Source: Eledone cirrhosa
Lineage: Eukaryota
Length of the DNA: 64,000 nt
Reading direction: 5' to 3'
Assembly (NCBI GenBank): GCA_964016885.1
Contig: OZ024763.1
Span: 15,686,001-15,750,000 of the forward strand
Part shown: piece by piece, positions 1-12,460 of the stretch
Numbering within the stretch: the stretch's first letter is position 1
Layout of the letters: each line of letters opens with the position of its first letter
Made by a program: the position numbers and the translations under genes
The notes under the pieces: generated by a model
What the model saw: only the letters and a program-made list of their open reading frames with translations
The model's database searches: none
Told to the model about the DNA's origin: nothing

Positions 1-164
1 AGAGGGTGTGTACGGTTTGGTTTGGCAGGGGTCTCACTGGAGCAATAGCATTCTTATTTACATATATATATGTTTTTTTATTCATTCTGACGACTGAAAC
101 CAGATATATCTGCTTTCAAGAAACCACTGGTAAATGAAATAATTATCTTATGTTGTTTATTACA

Positions 165-218
<54 letters not shown>

Positions 219-231
219 TATATACATATAT

Positions 232-447
232 ATGTGGCGTGTGGCTGAGTGGTTAGAGAATTGGATTCACAATCGTGAAATTGTGAGTTTGATGCCCGGA
301 CCGAGCGATGCGTTATGTCCTTGAGCAAGACACTTTATTTCACGTTGTTCCTTCTACCTGGAGTTGCGACCGATAGATAGTATTAGCAATTAGAAAGACC
401 AACGAAAACATTGTTTCCTCGGTCAGATTTGACAAAAGTCAATCGTT
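232..447 (+). mobile_element. tRNA-derived SINE family B (other copies ~14757-14975, 27891-28080, 33605-33790)
   Basis: A-box tggctgagtggttag, B-box-like gagtttgatgcc, shared body ccttgagcaagacactttatttcacgttg...ggagttgcgaccgatagatag. Confidence 0.75.
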
Positions 448-1197
448 ATGTATATTTGTTTGTCAGGGTATACTTCATTTAACCCTTTAGTATTTAAACT
501 GGCCATATCCGGCCAGAATTAGCAATTAGAAAGACCAACGGAAACATTGTTTCCTCGGTCAGATTTGACAAAAGTCAATCGTTATGTATATTTGTTTGTC
601 AGGGTATACTTCATTTAACCCTTTAGTATTTAAACTGGCCATATCCGGCCAGAATTAGCAATTAGAAAGACCAACGGAAACATTGTTTCCTCGGTCAGAT
701 TTGACAAAAGTCAATCGTTATGTATGTTTGTTTGTCAGGGTATACTTCATTTAACCCTTTAGTATTTAAACTGGCCATATCCGGCCAGAATTAGCAATTA
801 GAAAGACCAACGAAAACATTGTTTCCTCGGTCAGATTTGACAAAAGTCAATCGTTATGTATATTTGTTTGTCAGGGTATACTTCATTTAACCCTTTAGTA
901 TTTAAACTGGCCATATCCGGCCAGAATTAGCAATTAGAAAGACCAACGGAAACATTGTTTCCTCGGTCAGATTTGACAAAAGTCAATCGTTATGTATGTT
1001 TGTTTGTCAGGGTATACTTCATTTAACCCTTTAGTATTTAAACTGGCCATATCCGGCCAGAATTAGCAATTAGAAAGACCAACGGAAACATTGTTTCCTC
1101 GGTCAGATTTGACAAAAGTCAATCGTTATGTATATTTGTTTGTCAGGGTATACTTCATTTAACCCTTTAGTATTTAAACTGGCCATATCCGGCCAGA
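382..1197. repeat. Tandem array, 6 x 136 bp (SINE-B 3' end + spacer + piggyBac-MITE left end)
   Basis: Unit starts at 382, 518, 654, 790, 926 and 1062; copies near identical. Confidence 0.95.
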
Positions 1198-1816
1198 ATT
1201 CTCTCACCTCTTTCTGTTCAAACTGGCTGTAACCAGCCACTCATACTGATGTTAAGGTATTGTTCACAAACTAAATAACATCAAAATCTCATAGATTCAA
1301 TATTATGTGAAACATTCATCATCATCATTATCGTTATAGAGGAAGACACTTTGTGCAAGTGTCTAAGGTGCTGAGCAGAGGAATAAAAGTTGGAGCCGCA
1401 AGACTACGAAGTAAACTTCTTAACCATATGTTCTAAAAAAAAAAACAGCAAAGTTAACAAATACAGGAATAAAAAAAGTTTTTGAATGAAATACAAAACA
1501 AAACGACAATAAATTTCCTCAATATTATTTTTATGTTCAGTTTTCTAAGCTGGCATGGATGGATCTGTGTATGAATGAGTGTGATTATCACTGTCTGATT
1601 AAGTATATGATTGTGCAAGTGCCTGTGAGTATGTATGTATGTATATATATATATATGTATGTGCATGGGAGTCTTGTTTATAAAATTCTCACCGTCTTCC
1701 CCCTATATGACTAAAACAGTGTACCTTACTGTTAGGGTCCTGCAAGATACACAACACTTAATTCAGACAAAAATTGCAACATTGATGAAATAAAATCAAA
1801 AACCTATAAAACAAAA

Positions 1817-2334
1817 TTAACCCTTTAGCATTTAAACTGGCCAGAATACTCTCACCTCTTTCTGTCCAAACCGGCCGTAACTGGGCACACATACTGATGT
1901 TACGGTATTGTTCTCAAAATAAATCCTATCAAAATCTCATAAGATTCGATATTATGTGAGATAATTATGTAAGGTAAAGCCTTTACCCCCAAAATTCAAT
2001 AGTATATATAGAGTAATGTAATTGTTAAAGGGTTAAATCTTTAGCATTTAAACTGGCCGTATCCGGCCAGAATTCTCTCATCTCTTTCTGTTCAAACCAG
2101 CTGTAACCGGCCACACATACTGATGTTAAGGTATTGATCTCAAAATAAATAATATCAAAATCTCATAGATTCGATATTACGTGAGATAATTATGTAAGGT
2201 AAAGCCTTTACCATGAAAATACAATAGTATATATAGAGTAATGTGAATGTTATGTGAGATATTATGTGATGTAAAGCCTTTACCCCGAAAAAAACAATAG
2301 TATATATAGAGTAATGTAGATGCTAAAGGGTTAA
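1817..2334 (+). mobile_element. Two adjacent piggyBac-like MITEs sharing a TTAA
   Basis: ttaa-CCCTTTAGCATTT ... AAAGGG-ttaa termini (1817-2036; 2033-2334). Confidence 0.75.
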
Positions 2335-3091
2335 TTAGAGGCACCAGAAACAAGAGATATATAACTTGAAGGTGTTGTTATTAGTGAAATGTTGAAATAT
2401 ATTTAGAACAAAACATATCCTGAGAAGCATAATTATTTACAGTGAAACACCTGGATGAAGCTAGACAGATGGGTTGGAGGTGGGGGGTAAAAAAATGAAA
2501 CACTTTAAAGTATTTTTTTAAAAGTATTTTCCTTTTATTACTGTCTCTTTGCAAGTGTTCCCCCTTTCTTTGGTTTATTGTCTGGGGTATATTTTTCAAG
2601 AAAATACTTTGGACAATTGTGAGTTTTCTTGAATCCTAAAATAATATTCTCCACAGAAAAAAAAAAAGAAATGTTTATATGTCCCACACAGAGAATATTA
2701 TTTCAAGAATAATAATAATAATAATTATAATAATAATAATAATAATAATGGCTAGCAAGAGTTATGTGATTTTCTTGTTTGTTTGTTTTTTGTGTTGTTT
2801 TTTTTTGTGTGTTAATTTTTCTTTCCTTTTTTTTTCTTTTTCAGTTTGAAATTATGTACAACTTTTTACTAAAACTAAATTCTGTTAGATGAAACACTGT
2901 TCTTTTTTTTTTTGTTTTCTTGTTTTGTTTTTAGCAAATCATATTTTTACCCCTATTTTGGTCTTCAGATATTTTCCACTTATTTTTAAGAAAAAAAAAA
3001 AAAAATATTCAGCAAAGTAATAAAATGTATGAATGCTAGGACACCATTCTAAATCTGATTATAATCCATTGGTGTTGAAAAAAAAAAATAT

Positions 3092-3147
<56 letters not shown>

Positions 3148-3376
3148 TAAACAGGGAAAAAAAATAATAGAACAGAACCAGTGAAATTTAACATAAACAG
3201 CTTTTAAAAAAATGTATATATAAAGCAGCCACTATTGTTGATATACTTCTCTTGGAGTTCTTTGTCTTTGTCAGGTTTCCAATCCAAGTTTTTGTCTTTT
3301 AACACTTTCTATCTTTTGTTCTTGTGTTTTCTTTGGAATTAAACAGATTTTCTGGGAAAAGAGACAATAAATAAAG

Positions 3377-5366
3377 TTATATTCGCATATAAGCAATCTT
3401 CTCGTCAGGGTGGTGCTGTTTAATGTGGGGCTCAACCTCAAAACTGTCCAATGGAACGTTGTCGGGACAATATGGACATTTATAGATCTGAGAATGTCTG
3501 AAGCTGTGGTGTGTTTTCAAGGCTGCTCGATATGTGGTCTTGAAGTTACATTTGTCACACTTGTAGATCTCCTTGCTGTATCTGTCCTCCGAAGAGCTCT
3601 GTGCAGATTTGCTCAAAGAATGGGCAGTAGGGAACTCGGCTGTCTGAATAGGGGGCCCAACAGGTACAGGGCTGGAGTATGCATTTGGTGAAGATGAAAG
3701 ATAGGAACTCATCTGAGAAGATGACGGGCTCAAATTGAACACTTTGAATGCATCTATAGGCATGTCATCAGGGTCTGAAGCACCAGTTGAGGATAAGTCC
3801 AAAGGAAGCACCCCCTGGGCAGCCTGAAGAGATACAGGCACAACCTGGTCATTATGAATGGAGGCAGTATCAGTTGTTAAGTACATTTCTTGTTCTTTTT
3901 CTTTTTTAATCACTTTGATGCCATAGGTTGGAGCTGAGCTGAGGTCTGTGGAGGAATGGTCCGCTGCAGAACGGGCTGCTAATTCCGACAAGTGCTGGCT
4001 GGCTGTCCGAGACGGACTACTTATTGGCCGTTTCAGTCCCTTTAGGCCCAATGATACGGATTTAGAAATGGTAATAGGCTCGGAAACACTGGTTTCCGAG
4101 TCTTCTTCTACAACTGTATCCATTGGACCATCTTCTTCTACACTTTCGCAGTCCATATCTAAAGTTCCATCCCCAGATGGATCTGTGTTGCTGTTCTCTG
4201 ATAGAGGTAGTAGTTTGGGTGTGCGTTCTGGGTGATCAATAACAATAGGAGGGTTGCCCTGATTTTCCTGGTGTGCAGCGTTAGCAACTATCATCATGGG
4301 TTGAAGGGAACCAGAAGGCGTTGTTGTTGATGATGATGACGAAGCAATTGCCCGGGCCTGTAGCATGTTCCGCAGTAAAATGGTCTGGGAGCGTGGTGGG
4401 CGGCCACGACTCCGCCCGCGAGCATTCAACGGGCCTAATGGCGAAGAGATGGGGGTCGGTGACTTCAGGTCGGAATCTTTTAATATAACCACATCATCAT
4501 CATCTTTCCGAGCTATTTTGGATTCAGGAGGCTTAGGTGGACTAGGCGCTGGAGATGGAGGTAATACTGGATCAAGCATGAGGCCACCAGAGGAAGGGTT
4601 GCGGTTAGGCTTGCCATCACAGATAAATGCAAACACCACTTCGCTACTAATGTCTTTGTCGTGGCAGTTGGAGATGTGTTCCCGCACTGGTTTAGAGGTA
4701 CTGGAGTTAAATTCAGTACAGTATGGGCAATGGTAGGACAGCTGTTTGTCGTGCACACGGTTGGAATGGAGGAAAAGAGAGATTCCATCGGGGTATTCTT
4801 GGCTGCATATTCGACATTTGTAATGGGACAGCTTGCCCACAAGTTTCTCTTTGTAGCGCGTCTGTTGGTTCTTTTCTATATTAGCTATGTACTTGGTGAT
4901 GTAGACTGGATCAAGGAAGAATGAAAGAGGCACACCTCCATCACATTCTGGATGAGCAATACCAATATGCTTATAGATGTCAGCTTCTTTCTCCCCCTTG
5001 AACGTACAATAGGGACAAGTATACATGCAGAAAGCAGAATGTGAATTAATAATATGATCCTGCATTTGACTGAGGAACTTTGCTTCACAACCACATTTCT
5101 TACACATATATATGGAACGGCCAATAAGAGGATCATCATCGCCAGGATACTTGCACTTTCGGTTTGAACTGGAGCTGGCGTATTTTAAAGACATCGTTTT
5201 CGCATTCAACAAAACTGGAACGGCAAAACCTTCAGGTGGTGTAATGCAGTTATTGTTTGTACCGCTTCCTGGACGTCGAGTTGGACCAGAAATACGGCCG
5301 CTGTGAAGACTTACAACATTGACTATTTTCAGTCCCATATCTGTACCAGAACTGTTCGCTGGACCA
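3377..5366 (-). CDS. Coding exon 2 (terminal) of the same protein: 6 C2H2 fingers, AT-hook-like RGRSRGRPPR, PLDLS motif
   Basis: Acceptor tttttctcttgcag|T at 5367/5366. GG+T=Gly joins in frame to GPANSSGTD-MGLK. 2570+1990=4560 nt = 1519 aa + stop (TAA at 3377-3379). Confidence 0.9.
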
Positions 5367-5494
5367 CTGCAAGAGAAAAATTAAACAGTTTATTTCTTTG
5401 ATTAAGTATAGTAATTGTTTCTAAAATAGGCACAAAGTTTGTAATTTTTAGGGAAGGGTAAGTTGAATAAATTAGCCCCAATACGTTGCACTGG

Positions 5495-5665
5495 TCACCA
5501 TTGAGACCTCAGGTGTCCTTTGACCCTGCACTTGTCCGGTTACCATCGAGACCTCAGGCGTCCTCGGACCCTGTACTTGTGCTAGTCGCCACTGAGACCT
5601 CAGGCGTCCTTGGACCCTGTACTTACACCAGTCACCATCGAGACCTCAGGCGTCCTCGGATCCTC
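5495..5665. repeat. ~46-bp tandem repeat, 4 copies
   Basis: gagacctcaggcgtcct(c/t)ggaccctgtactt recurs four times. Confidence 0.8.
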
Positions 5666-6119
5666 TCCGTAAAATCCGAATGACAACAGGCCATCTGAGA
5701 TAGGAGCCACATGAGGTGGGGTGGCTGGCCATTGTCTGCAAAAATGCTTTTGTCATTTTCTTTGAAAGGGTGCAGCAGAAACATCACTGACTTAGCTATA
5801 AAGTCTATCACCTTCTCCTCTTCTCCCGTTCTTTCTTTTGTTGCTTAATAATCCTTTTTTTCCTTCCTTCTCTCATTTATAGCAAATATAGAGTTATGTA
5901 AATGCTAAAGGGTTAATCAACTATTATTTATTTTTCTGTTTGAAATTACATACTAATAAAGTTGAGATGCTGTCATAAACCATAATCGCCCCTGTGGGTA
6001 GGGATAAAATATAATTATTTAACTCTTTTGTTGCCATATTTTAAAATAACTTTGGAAAAAATTAGAATTTAGAGTGATTAAGTAATATAACTAATTTAAT
6101 TAAAGAAAATATAGATGAT

Positions 6120-6625
6120 CATGGTTGGTGATAGGAAGGGGATATGACATGACAATCTCCCTAGTGTTGATTATCTACATGATAAACACACCCAGTACAC
6201 TCTGTAAAGTGGCTGGTGATAGAAAAAGCATTCAACTGCAGGAAACTTACCAAATAAAGGGTCCTTAGTAGTGCGAAAGACATGAAAACTTCCCTAATGT
6301 CAGTGATATATATAATAAACACACCCAGTACACTCTGTAAAGTGGTTGGGAATAGGAAGGGCATCCCACCGTAGAACCCATGCCTAAAAGGGTTGATAGG
6401 ACCCTTCAATTGTGTCAAAGGCTTGACAACTTCCCTAATGTCAGTGATCTACATGATAAACTCACCCAGTACATTCTGTAAAGTGGTTGGAGATAGAAGG
6501 GGCCCCCAGCTGTAGAAAACTTGCCAAACAAATGGTAGTAAAGACTCTTCAGATGTGTGAAAAACATGATCTTTCTAGCACTGGTGCCATGATAAAATGC
6601 ATGGTGCACTCTGTAGAGTGCAAAT
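6120..6625 (+). repeat. ~115-140-bp tandemly reiterated RTE/SINE 3'-module (related: 30640-30820, 32035-32450, 46150-46260)
   Basis: Repeated cacccagtacactctgtaaagtggttggtgataggaagggcat..ctgtagaaaacttgccaaac. Confidence 0.7.
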
Positions 6626-7924
6626 ATCAGTGACCCTGACTTGGTCTGAGACGACACATCCAGCCTTTGCTAGCAGGGAAGATAATGATGAATCCTTTTG
6701 AAATCAAATTACCTGACATACCTCCTGGTTCTACAATCAGATGCAGTGTGCAGGAGACAAGATTGCATTGGTATGAACATGTGATGCATATGAAAGGTGA
6801 CATCATCATCATCATTTTACGCCCGCTTTTCCCTGCTTGCAAGGGTGGGACAGGAACTGATTCTGGCTTGATTTCTACAGCTGGATGCCCTTCCTAACAC
6901 CAACCTCATTTATCGTGACTACTGGGTGCTTTTTTTCCGTGGCCCCTACATGTCCACTTTGCAGTGGAATGATAGGGACCCCAGTCCTATCATCTCATTT
7001 CTACAGCTGAGTAAACTGGAGCAATGTGAAATAAAGTGCCTTGCTCAAGGAAACAACACATCACCTGGTCTGAGAATTGAACTCACAACCTTTCGATTGC
7101 AAAGCCAATGCTCTAACCACTAAGCCATGTGCTTCCATATACAGTTGTACAAAAAGGTGCAGAGCAGTAAAAGTCGATGGAAGCCTATTTTCCATGTTTA
7201 CATTCATTTATGTAAGGACCTTTGTTAAGTTACGTTACAAACACCTGCTTTAATTATGGTTTTCTGATTTAGACACAAGGCCAAACATTTTTAAGAAAGG
7301 GGAAAGTCGATTAAATCGACACCAGTGTGTTGCTGGTACTTTATTCCATCAACCCCCGTAAGGACGAATGGCAAAGCTAACCTCGGCAGGATTAATAATC
7401 ACAATAATGATCATCTAGGTGTCACAACAAAAAGCACCCAGCACACACTGTCAAGGTGGTCAGCGTTAGGGAGGGCATCCAGCCGTAGAAAACTAGCCAG
7501 AAATTCTCCTATATGAGTGAGTCACGGTCACCTGACCCAACTTGCCTCTAATTGGGACAAACCCGTCTAACCCATGCTAACATCGATGATGATGATGATG
7601 AATGGTTTTCTGATTTAGGCACAAAGCCAACATTTTTATTTTGGTGGTGGTGGTGGAGGGGGGGGGGTTAAATCGGCTGGGTGAGGACGAAAGGCAAAGC
7701 TAATTTCAGCATGATTTGAACTCAGAACGTAAAAGGGTCATAACTATATGTTGCAAAGCATATTGTCTGATGCTCTACCGACACTGCCAATCCACCGTCC
7801 TTTAAATAATAAGTTAGTTATTTTATTAAACCCACCAAATTTCTGATTACTTTCAAATTTATTCCAAAATCAAAACCATCAGCCATCTGTGTGTCTCATT
7901 TAAATAATTTTAAAATGTTATCCT

Positions 7925-8356
7925 TATGTTGCCAAAATATAGTAAAACACACTCATGAGTGATCCTTCCCAAATATAACACTCATGAGTGTTTTACTATT
8001 TTTGGTAATACAGGGTGGCTCAAAAGTCGCAACACATAGGACATTTTTTAGTTTCCATATTTATTTATTTTGAATAAATTGTTTCTTATAAAACATAATT
8101 ATTTTTTTTATGTATCACAACTTTTGGGCCACCCTATATTAGGACATGACCCTACCCAAATATAACACTCATGAGTGTGTTTTACTATTTTTGGCAATAT
8201 TAGGACATGACCCTACCCAAATATAACACCCATGAGTGTGTTTTACTATTTTTGGCAATATTAGAACACGACCCTACCTAAATATAACACACCCATGAGT
8301 GTGTTTTACTATTTTTGGCAATATTAAGACATTATGACCCTACCTAAATATAACAA
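7925..8356. repeat. ~62-bp intronic tandem repeat (4-5 copies) with an inverted partial copy at its left end
   Basis: Unit aatataacactcatgagtgtgttttactatttttggcaatattaggacatgaccctaccc; inverted ttgccaaaatatagtaaaacacactcatgag at ~7929-7960. Confidence 0.8.
8011..8136. mobile_element. Tc1/mariner-like MITE inserted into a ~62-bp tandem repeat
   Basis: ta-CAGGGTGGCTCAAAAGT ... ACTTTTGGGCCACCCTA-ta, TA TSD. Confidence 0.7.
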
Positions 8357-8406
8357 TATCTGTTTTATCACAAGATTTCATATTAAAAAGAATAATCTAT
8401 ACATAC

Positions 8407-10976
8407 CCAGTTTTTCCTTGCATATACATATTAACCCTGCCATATGCATTGTTGCGGTAACGGTTAAAGCGACTATTTGCAGGATCCACAGGTGTCTGCG
8501 GTTCTTCGCTGTCTGTAAAATCAGGTAATTTCCGGCATTTGATAGTTTTTCCCGGGTGAACAGTATTATAATGACTCAGAAGATTGGCTTTTGAAGTTAA
8601 GACAAGTCCATCGCACAGAGTACATGTGTAGTGCACAGCTCCTGGATGTTTGCCTGCGACATGCTGCTGCATTATCTCACGCTGATCAGTGGAAAATTTG
8701 CAGTATGTACATTGAAACCGGTCAGGCACCTCAACAACATCCTTATCGTTGTCTTGCTTCCCACCAGTGTTTCCATTGACAACGACTGAGATAAAGACAG
8801 GGTTAGTTTTCGAATCCTTTTCATTGGTTGAACTAGCATCACCGGAACCTGATTTAGCCGTGCTGTTGTTGCTGCTGCTGCTGCTGTTGTTGTTGTTACT
8901 GCTGCTGCCGCCGCCGACACTGCTGCTGCTGATGTTTTGCTTGCTATCATCGTCGTCAGAAACGTTCTCCCGGATCTCGAGATAGTGCTCCTTCTCGTTG
9001 ATCTCCGTCGTCTTCTCGATTTTCTGCGGGAGATATTTGTGACTGGACTGATGATGGATGGCAGCTGTGCCAAAAGTGGTGAAGTCGGTACCGCAGTGAC
9101 CACATCGGAACACTTTCTGGGTGATATGTGCATAAATATGCTCTGTCATCAAGTCTTTCTCCTGACAGGAGTATTGGCAATGAACACAGCTGTAACTTGG
9201 CGGACTTTGTCCCTGCTTCTTCTTTTCCGAATTAATTAGGAGTTTAGAAACCGTCACAGTTCGATTTTCATTGCCCTCTGTCCACTGTTTCGAATAAGAT
9301 GTCCGTTTAAAGCCTTTGTTTGTGTTATTCGATTCATTCTGACTCGAGATGAAGCTGAGAAAACTGCCTTCATAACTATCCTGCTCAACACTCGGAGGGT
9401 TGTTTGCTTGTGAATTATAATCAATTACTTTAATGCGTTTGACAAGAGGAAAATCTTTAGAGAGCTCGGAAACATCAATGTCGAGTTCTTTAAAGAAATC
9501 CGTTAAGCCGACTTTACATGGTCGACAGCGCTTAATCATCTCTCTTACTAAACCGCGTTTCCTTGACACACCTTGCCTGTATATTGTCGCCGAAGTTCCA
9601 CCGTCCTGACAGTAGATGTTAGCTGATGGGCTGCCATCTGGACGATAAATTGTTGCAGAAGTGTTACCATCCACATGATAGATTTTGGCCGAAGTACTGC
9701 CGTCTGGACGGTAAATAGTTCGTGAAGGAGAACCATCCATACTTGAATCTGGTGTTGAATCATCAGAATGGTCTTTGTCAAGTGAAAAACTCCCAAAACC
9801 TTTCTTGCTACTTAGCGATAAATCCCTCTGTTTTATATACGACGGGGTCGGACGCCATTTTGACCCCCGAATAAAACCTTTCCTTAGCAACATGCGCCGC
9901 AGTGCACTAATCTCTTTAGCAAACTTTATCTTCTCTTCCTCTCGCTCTCGATCTTCATCGTTCATGTCATCCAAGTTTATGGGAAGTCCATTCTCATCCA
10001 GATCAACTGCAGGAATGCTGCTCTCGTCATAAATACCATATTCTCGATGCATAACATTTTTGTCTAGTGTCTCGCTGGTTTTCTTCAGCTTCATACCTTC
10101 TCCCAGAAGCCCTATCTTCTCAAAAAAGGACTGCTTACTCTCAGAATCAGATTGAACATCAGGTGACATACTACGGCCTGTAGCAGACTCATTCGGTTCG
10201 TTTTCATTATTGTCTGACTGTGTGGTTGCATTATCGTCTAAAAGAGCCGATGGACTAATGCCATCCTTTTGGTGAGATAAATTTGAGCTTGGCTTAGAAT
10301 CCGTCTGTGATTTAGCCTCATCTGCCGATGCCATAGATCTCGATCCATCATCACCCTCATCAACTAACAGATTCTTGCTTGATGATTCACTTTTAGAAGT
10401 GGATATTTCCTCTTTTAAATCGTCTGAAGTTATATCTTCTTCGTTTGCACTGTCATCAGCCTCTTCTTTCACGGTCACCATCTCATCGCCCCTTTTCTCT
10501 CCATCGCTACTCTTTTCATCGATATCGCTCTTTTCATCCACATCACTTTTTACTTCGCTATCGCTTTTCAACTCAGCATCACTCTTTTCATCAACATCGC
10601 TTTTTATGTCAGCATCACTTTTCTCATCAACATCACTTTTCTCATCGACATCACTTTTCTCATCGACATCATTCTTAACATCGTCGATATCGCTGTTTTC
10701 ATCAGCATCGCTCTTGTCCTCAATATAGCCCTTTCCCTTAACATCACTTTTCATCTCAGCATCGCTCATTTCATCCACATCACTCTTTTCATCCACATCG
10801 CTCTTTTCTTCGATATCGCTCTTCTCTTCGATATCGCTCTTTTCTTCGATATCGCTCTTTTCTTCGATATCGCTCTTTTCTTCAATATCGCTCTTTTCTT
10901 CGATATCGCTCTTCTCTTCGATATCGCTCTTTTCAAAGGAAGAGCTGTCTTCTTCAGGTAAAACTGAGCTGGACAT
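8407..10976 (-). CDS. Coding exon 1 of a large multi-C2H2 zinc-finger protein (~1519 aa spliced): acidic N-terminal repeats, 4 C2H2 fingers
   Basis: 859-codon ORF, start in caccATG context. Fingers: YSCVHC..H..H, FRCGHC..H..H, FQCTYC..H..H, YTCTLC..H..H. Donor ACT GG|gtatgt at 8407/8406 (phase 2) just before the ORF stop. Confidence 0.9.
10500..10935 (-). repeat. Coding 18-nt minisatellite encoding (EEKSDI)n, decaying to DEKSDV/AEMKSDV
   Basis: Visible 18-nt periodicity (ctcttttcttcgatatcg) and the ORF translation. Confidence 0.9.
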
Positions 10977-11027
10977 GGTGAAATGGAGATTTGTTTTAAA
11001 GCAACAACAAAATGAGTTGATGGAAAA

Positions 11028-11080
<53 letters not shown>

Positions 11081-11646
11081 AGTGTATATATATATATATA
11101 TATATTTAAAAAATAATTAAACTGAACTCTCTATTATAAATACATAGAAATTTGGAATCAACGTGAATGGCACATTGCAATAAATGTCATAGGTGAAACA
11201 TTTATAAATTGGCTGGTTTCACATAGTTGATGATGATGATGATGATATTGGTAGTAGTAGTGGTGTTGGTGACAGTGGTGGTGGTGGTGGTGGTCTTAAA
11301 TTTGCTACAGAAGACCAGACTTATAAAATATATATATATATTCAAAGTTTTTTTGGGGTTTATTTTTTGTTTAAATACTGATCATCTAAGCATGTGTTTA
11401 TATAAAAAGGAACTAAACAAAAAGCAGTTTTGAATGGGAAGAAGCCTTAGAATATATTAGGCATAATATATGGCTACATATGATGAGAGTAGTGTGTAGA
11501 TGAGTGTGTGATAATTGGGTGGATCTCATTCAGATACATAACTGTCTTCTTGTTTGGTAGATTAGTTCATTAAGGAATGTCCATTACAAACTCTGGTTCA
11601 AGACGAACGGTAGTCTCCCTTTGTTGGTCACATGCTGCAGGATGTC
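10977..11646 (-). other. Probable 5' UTR part of the ATG-containing exon
   Basis: Strong acceptor aattttctttttctttccatgtag|GAC at 11647/11646. No AG in the ~60 nt before the ATG. Several tiny uORFs (M*, MDIP*, MN*). Confidence 0.55.
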
Positions 11647-11929
11647 CTACATGGAAAGAAAAAGAAAATTAGATAGAATAAAATAAAATAAAAATAGAAA
11701 AAAGTACAACGAAACGAAACAGTTTGAAATACACGAAAGATAATACAAAAAGAGTCTTGCTACTGACCATCATCATCATCACCGTTTTACGTCCATTTTT
11801 CCATGCTAGCATGGGTTAAACGAGTTGTCCTGCTGTGGGCAATGCCAGGTTAGGTGACCACATCTTGCTCACACAGAACTGATTTTGGCTTAGTTTCTAC
11901 AGCTGGATGCCTTTCCTAATGCCAACCTC

Positions 11930-12460
11930 ATTTACAGTGAGTACTGGGTGCTTTTTGTTGTGACAACACCCACACGACCACTTTACACTGAGTGCTTTTT
12001 GTCGTATCACCTATACGACCACTTTACAGTGTGGGCTGGGTGCTTTTTGTTGTGACACCCACACGACCACTTTACAGTGTGGGCTGGGTGCTTTTTGTTG
12101 TGACACCCACACGACCACTTTACAGTGTGGGCTGGGTGCTTTTTGTTGTGACACCCACACGACCACTTTACAGTGTGGGCTGGGTGCTTTTTGTTGTGAC
12201 ACCCACACGACCACTTTACAGTGTGGGCTGGGTGCTTTTTGTTGTGACACCCACACGACCACTTTACAGTGTGGGCTGGGTGCTTTTTGTTGTGACACCC
12301 ACACGACCACTTTACAGTGTGGGCTGGGTGCTTTTTGTTGTGACACCCACATGACCACTTTACAGTGTGTGCTGGGTGCTTTTTTGTCATGGAACCTACA
12401 CGACCATTTTACAGAGTGTGCTGGGTGCTTTTGCCGTATACAACCACTTTACAGTGTGCT
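11930..12460. repeat. 48-bp minisatellite (~10 copies) inside an RTE/SINE 3' module
   Basis: Unit gaccactttacagtgtgggctgggtgctttttgttgtgacacccacac; element tail at 11767-11930. Confidence 0.95.

Larger units (their letters stand above)
5367..8406 (-). other. Phase-2 GT-AG intron of the zinc-finger gene
   Basis: Canonical donor gtatgt, polypyrimidine/cag acceptor, frame-preserving; filled with SINEs and MITEs. Confidence 0.85.

Noticed and set aside
82-125. CTGACGA-ct-GAAA as a hammerhead core
   Set aside because: No stem II, stem III and cleavage register do not fit, and the paralogous copy lacks the core.
3410-10728. Antisense and alternate-frame ORFs overlapping the ZNF exons
   Set aside because: Shadows of the real CDS with no independent coding features.
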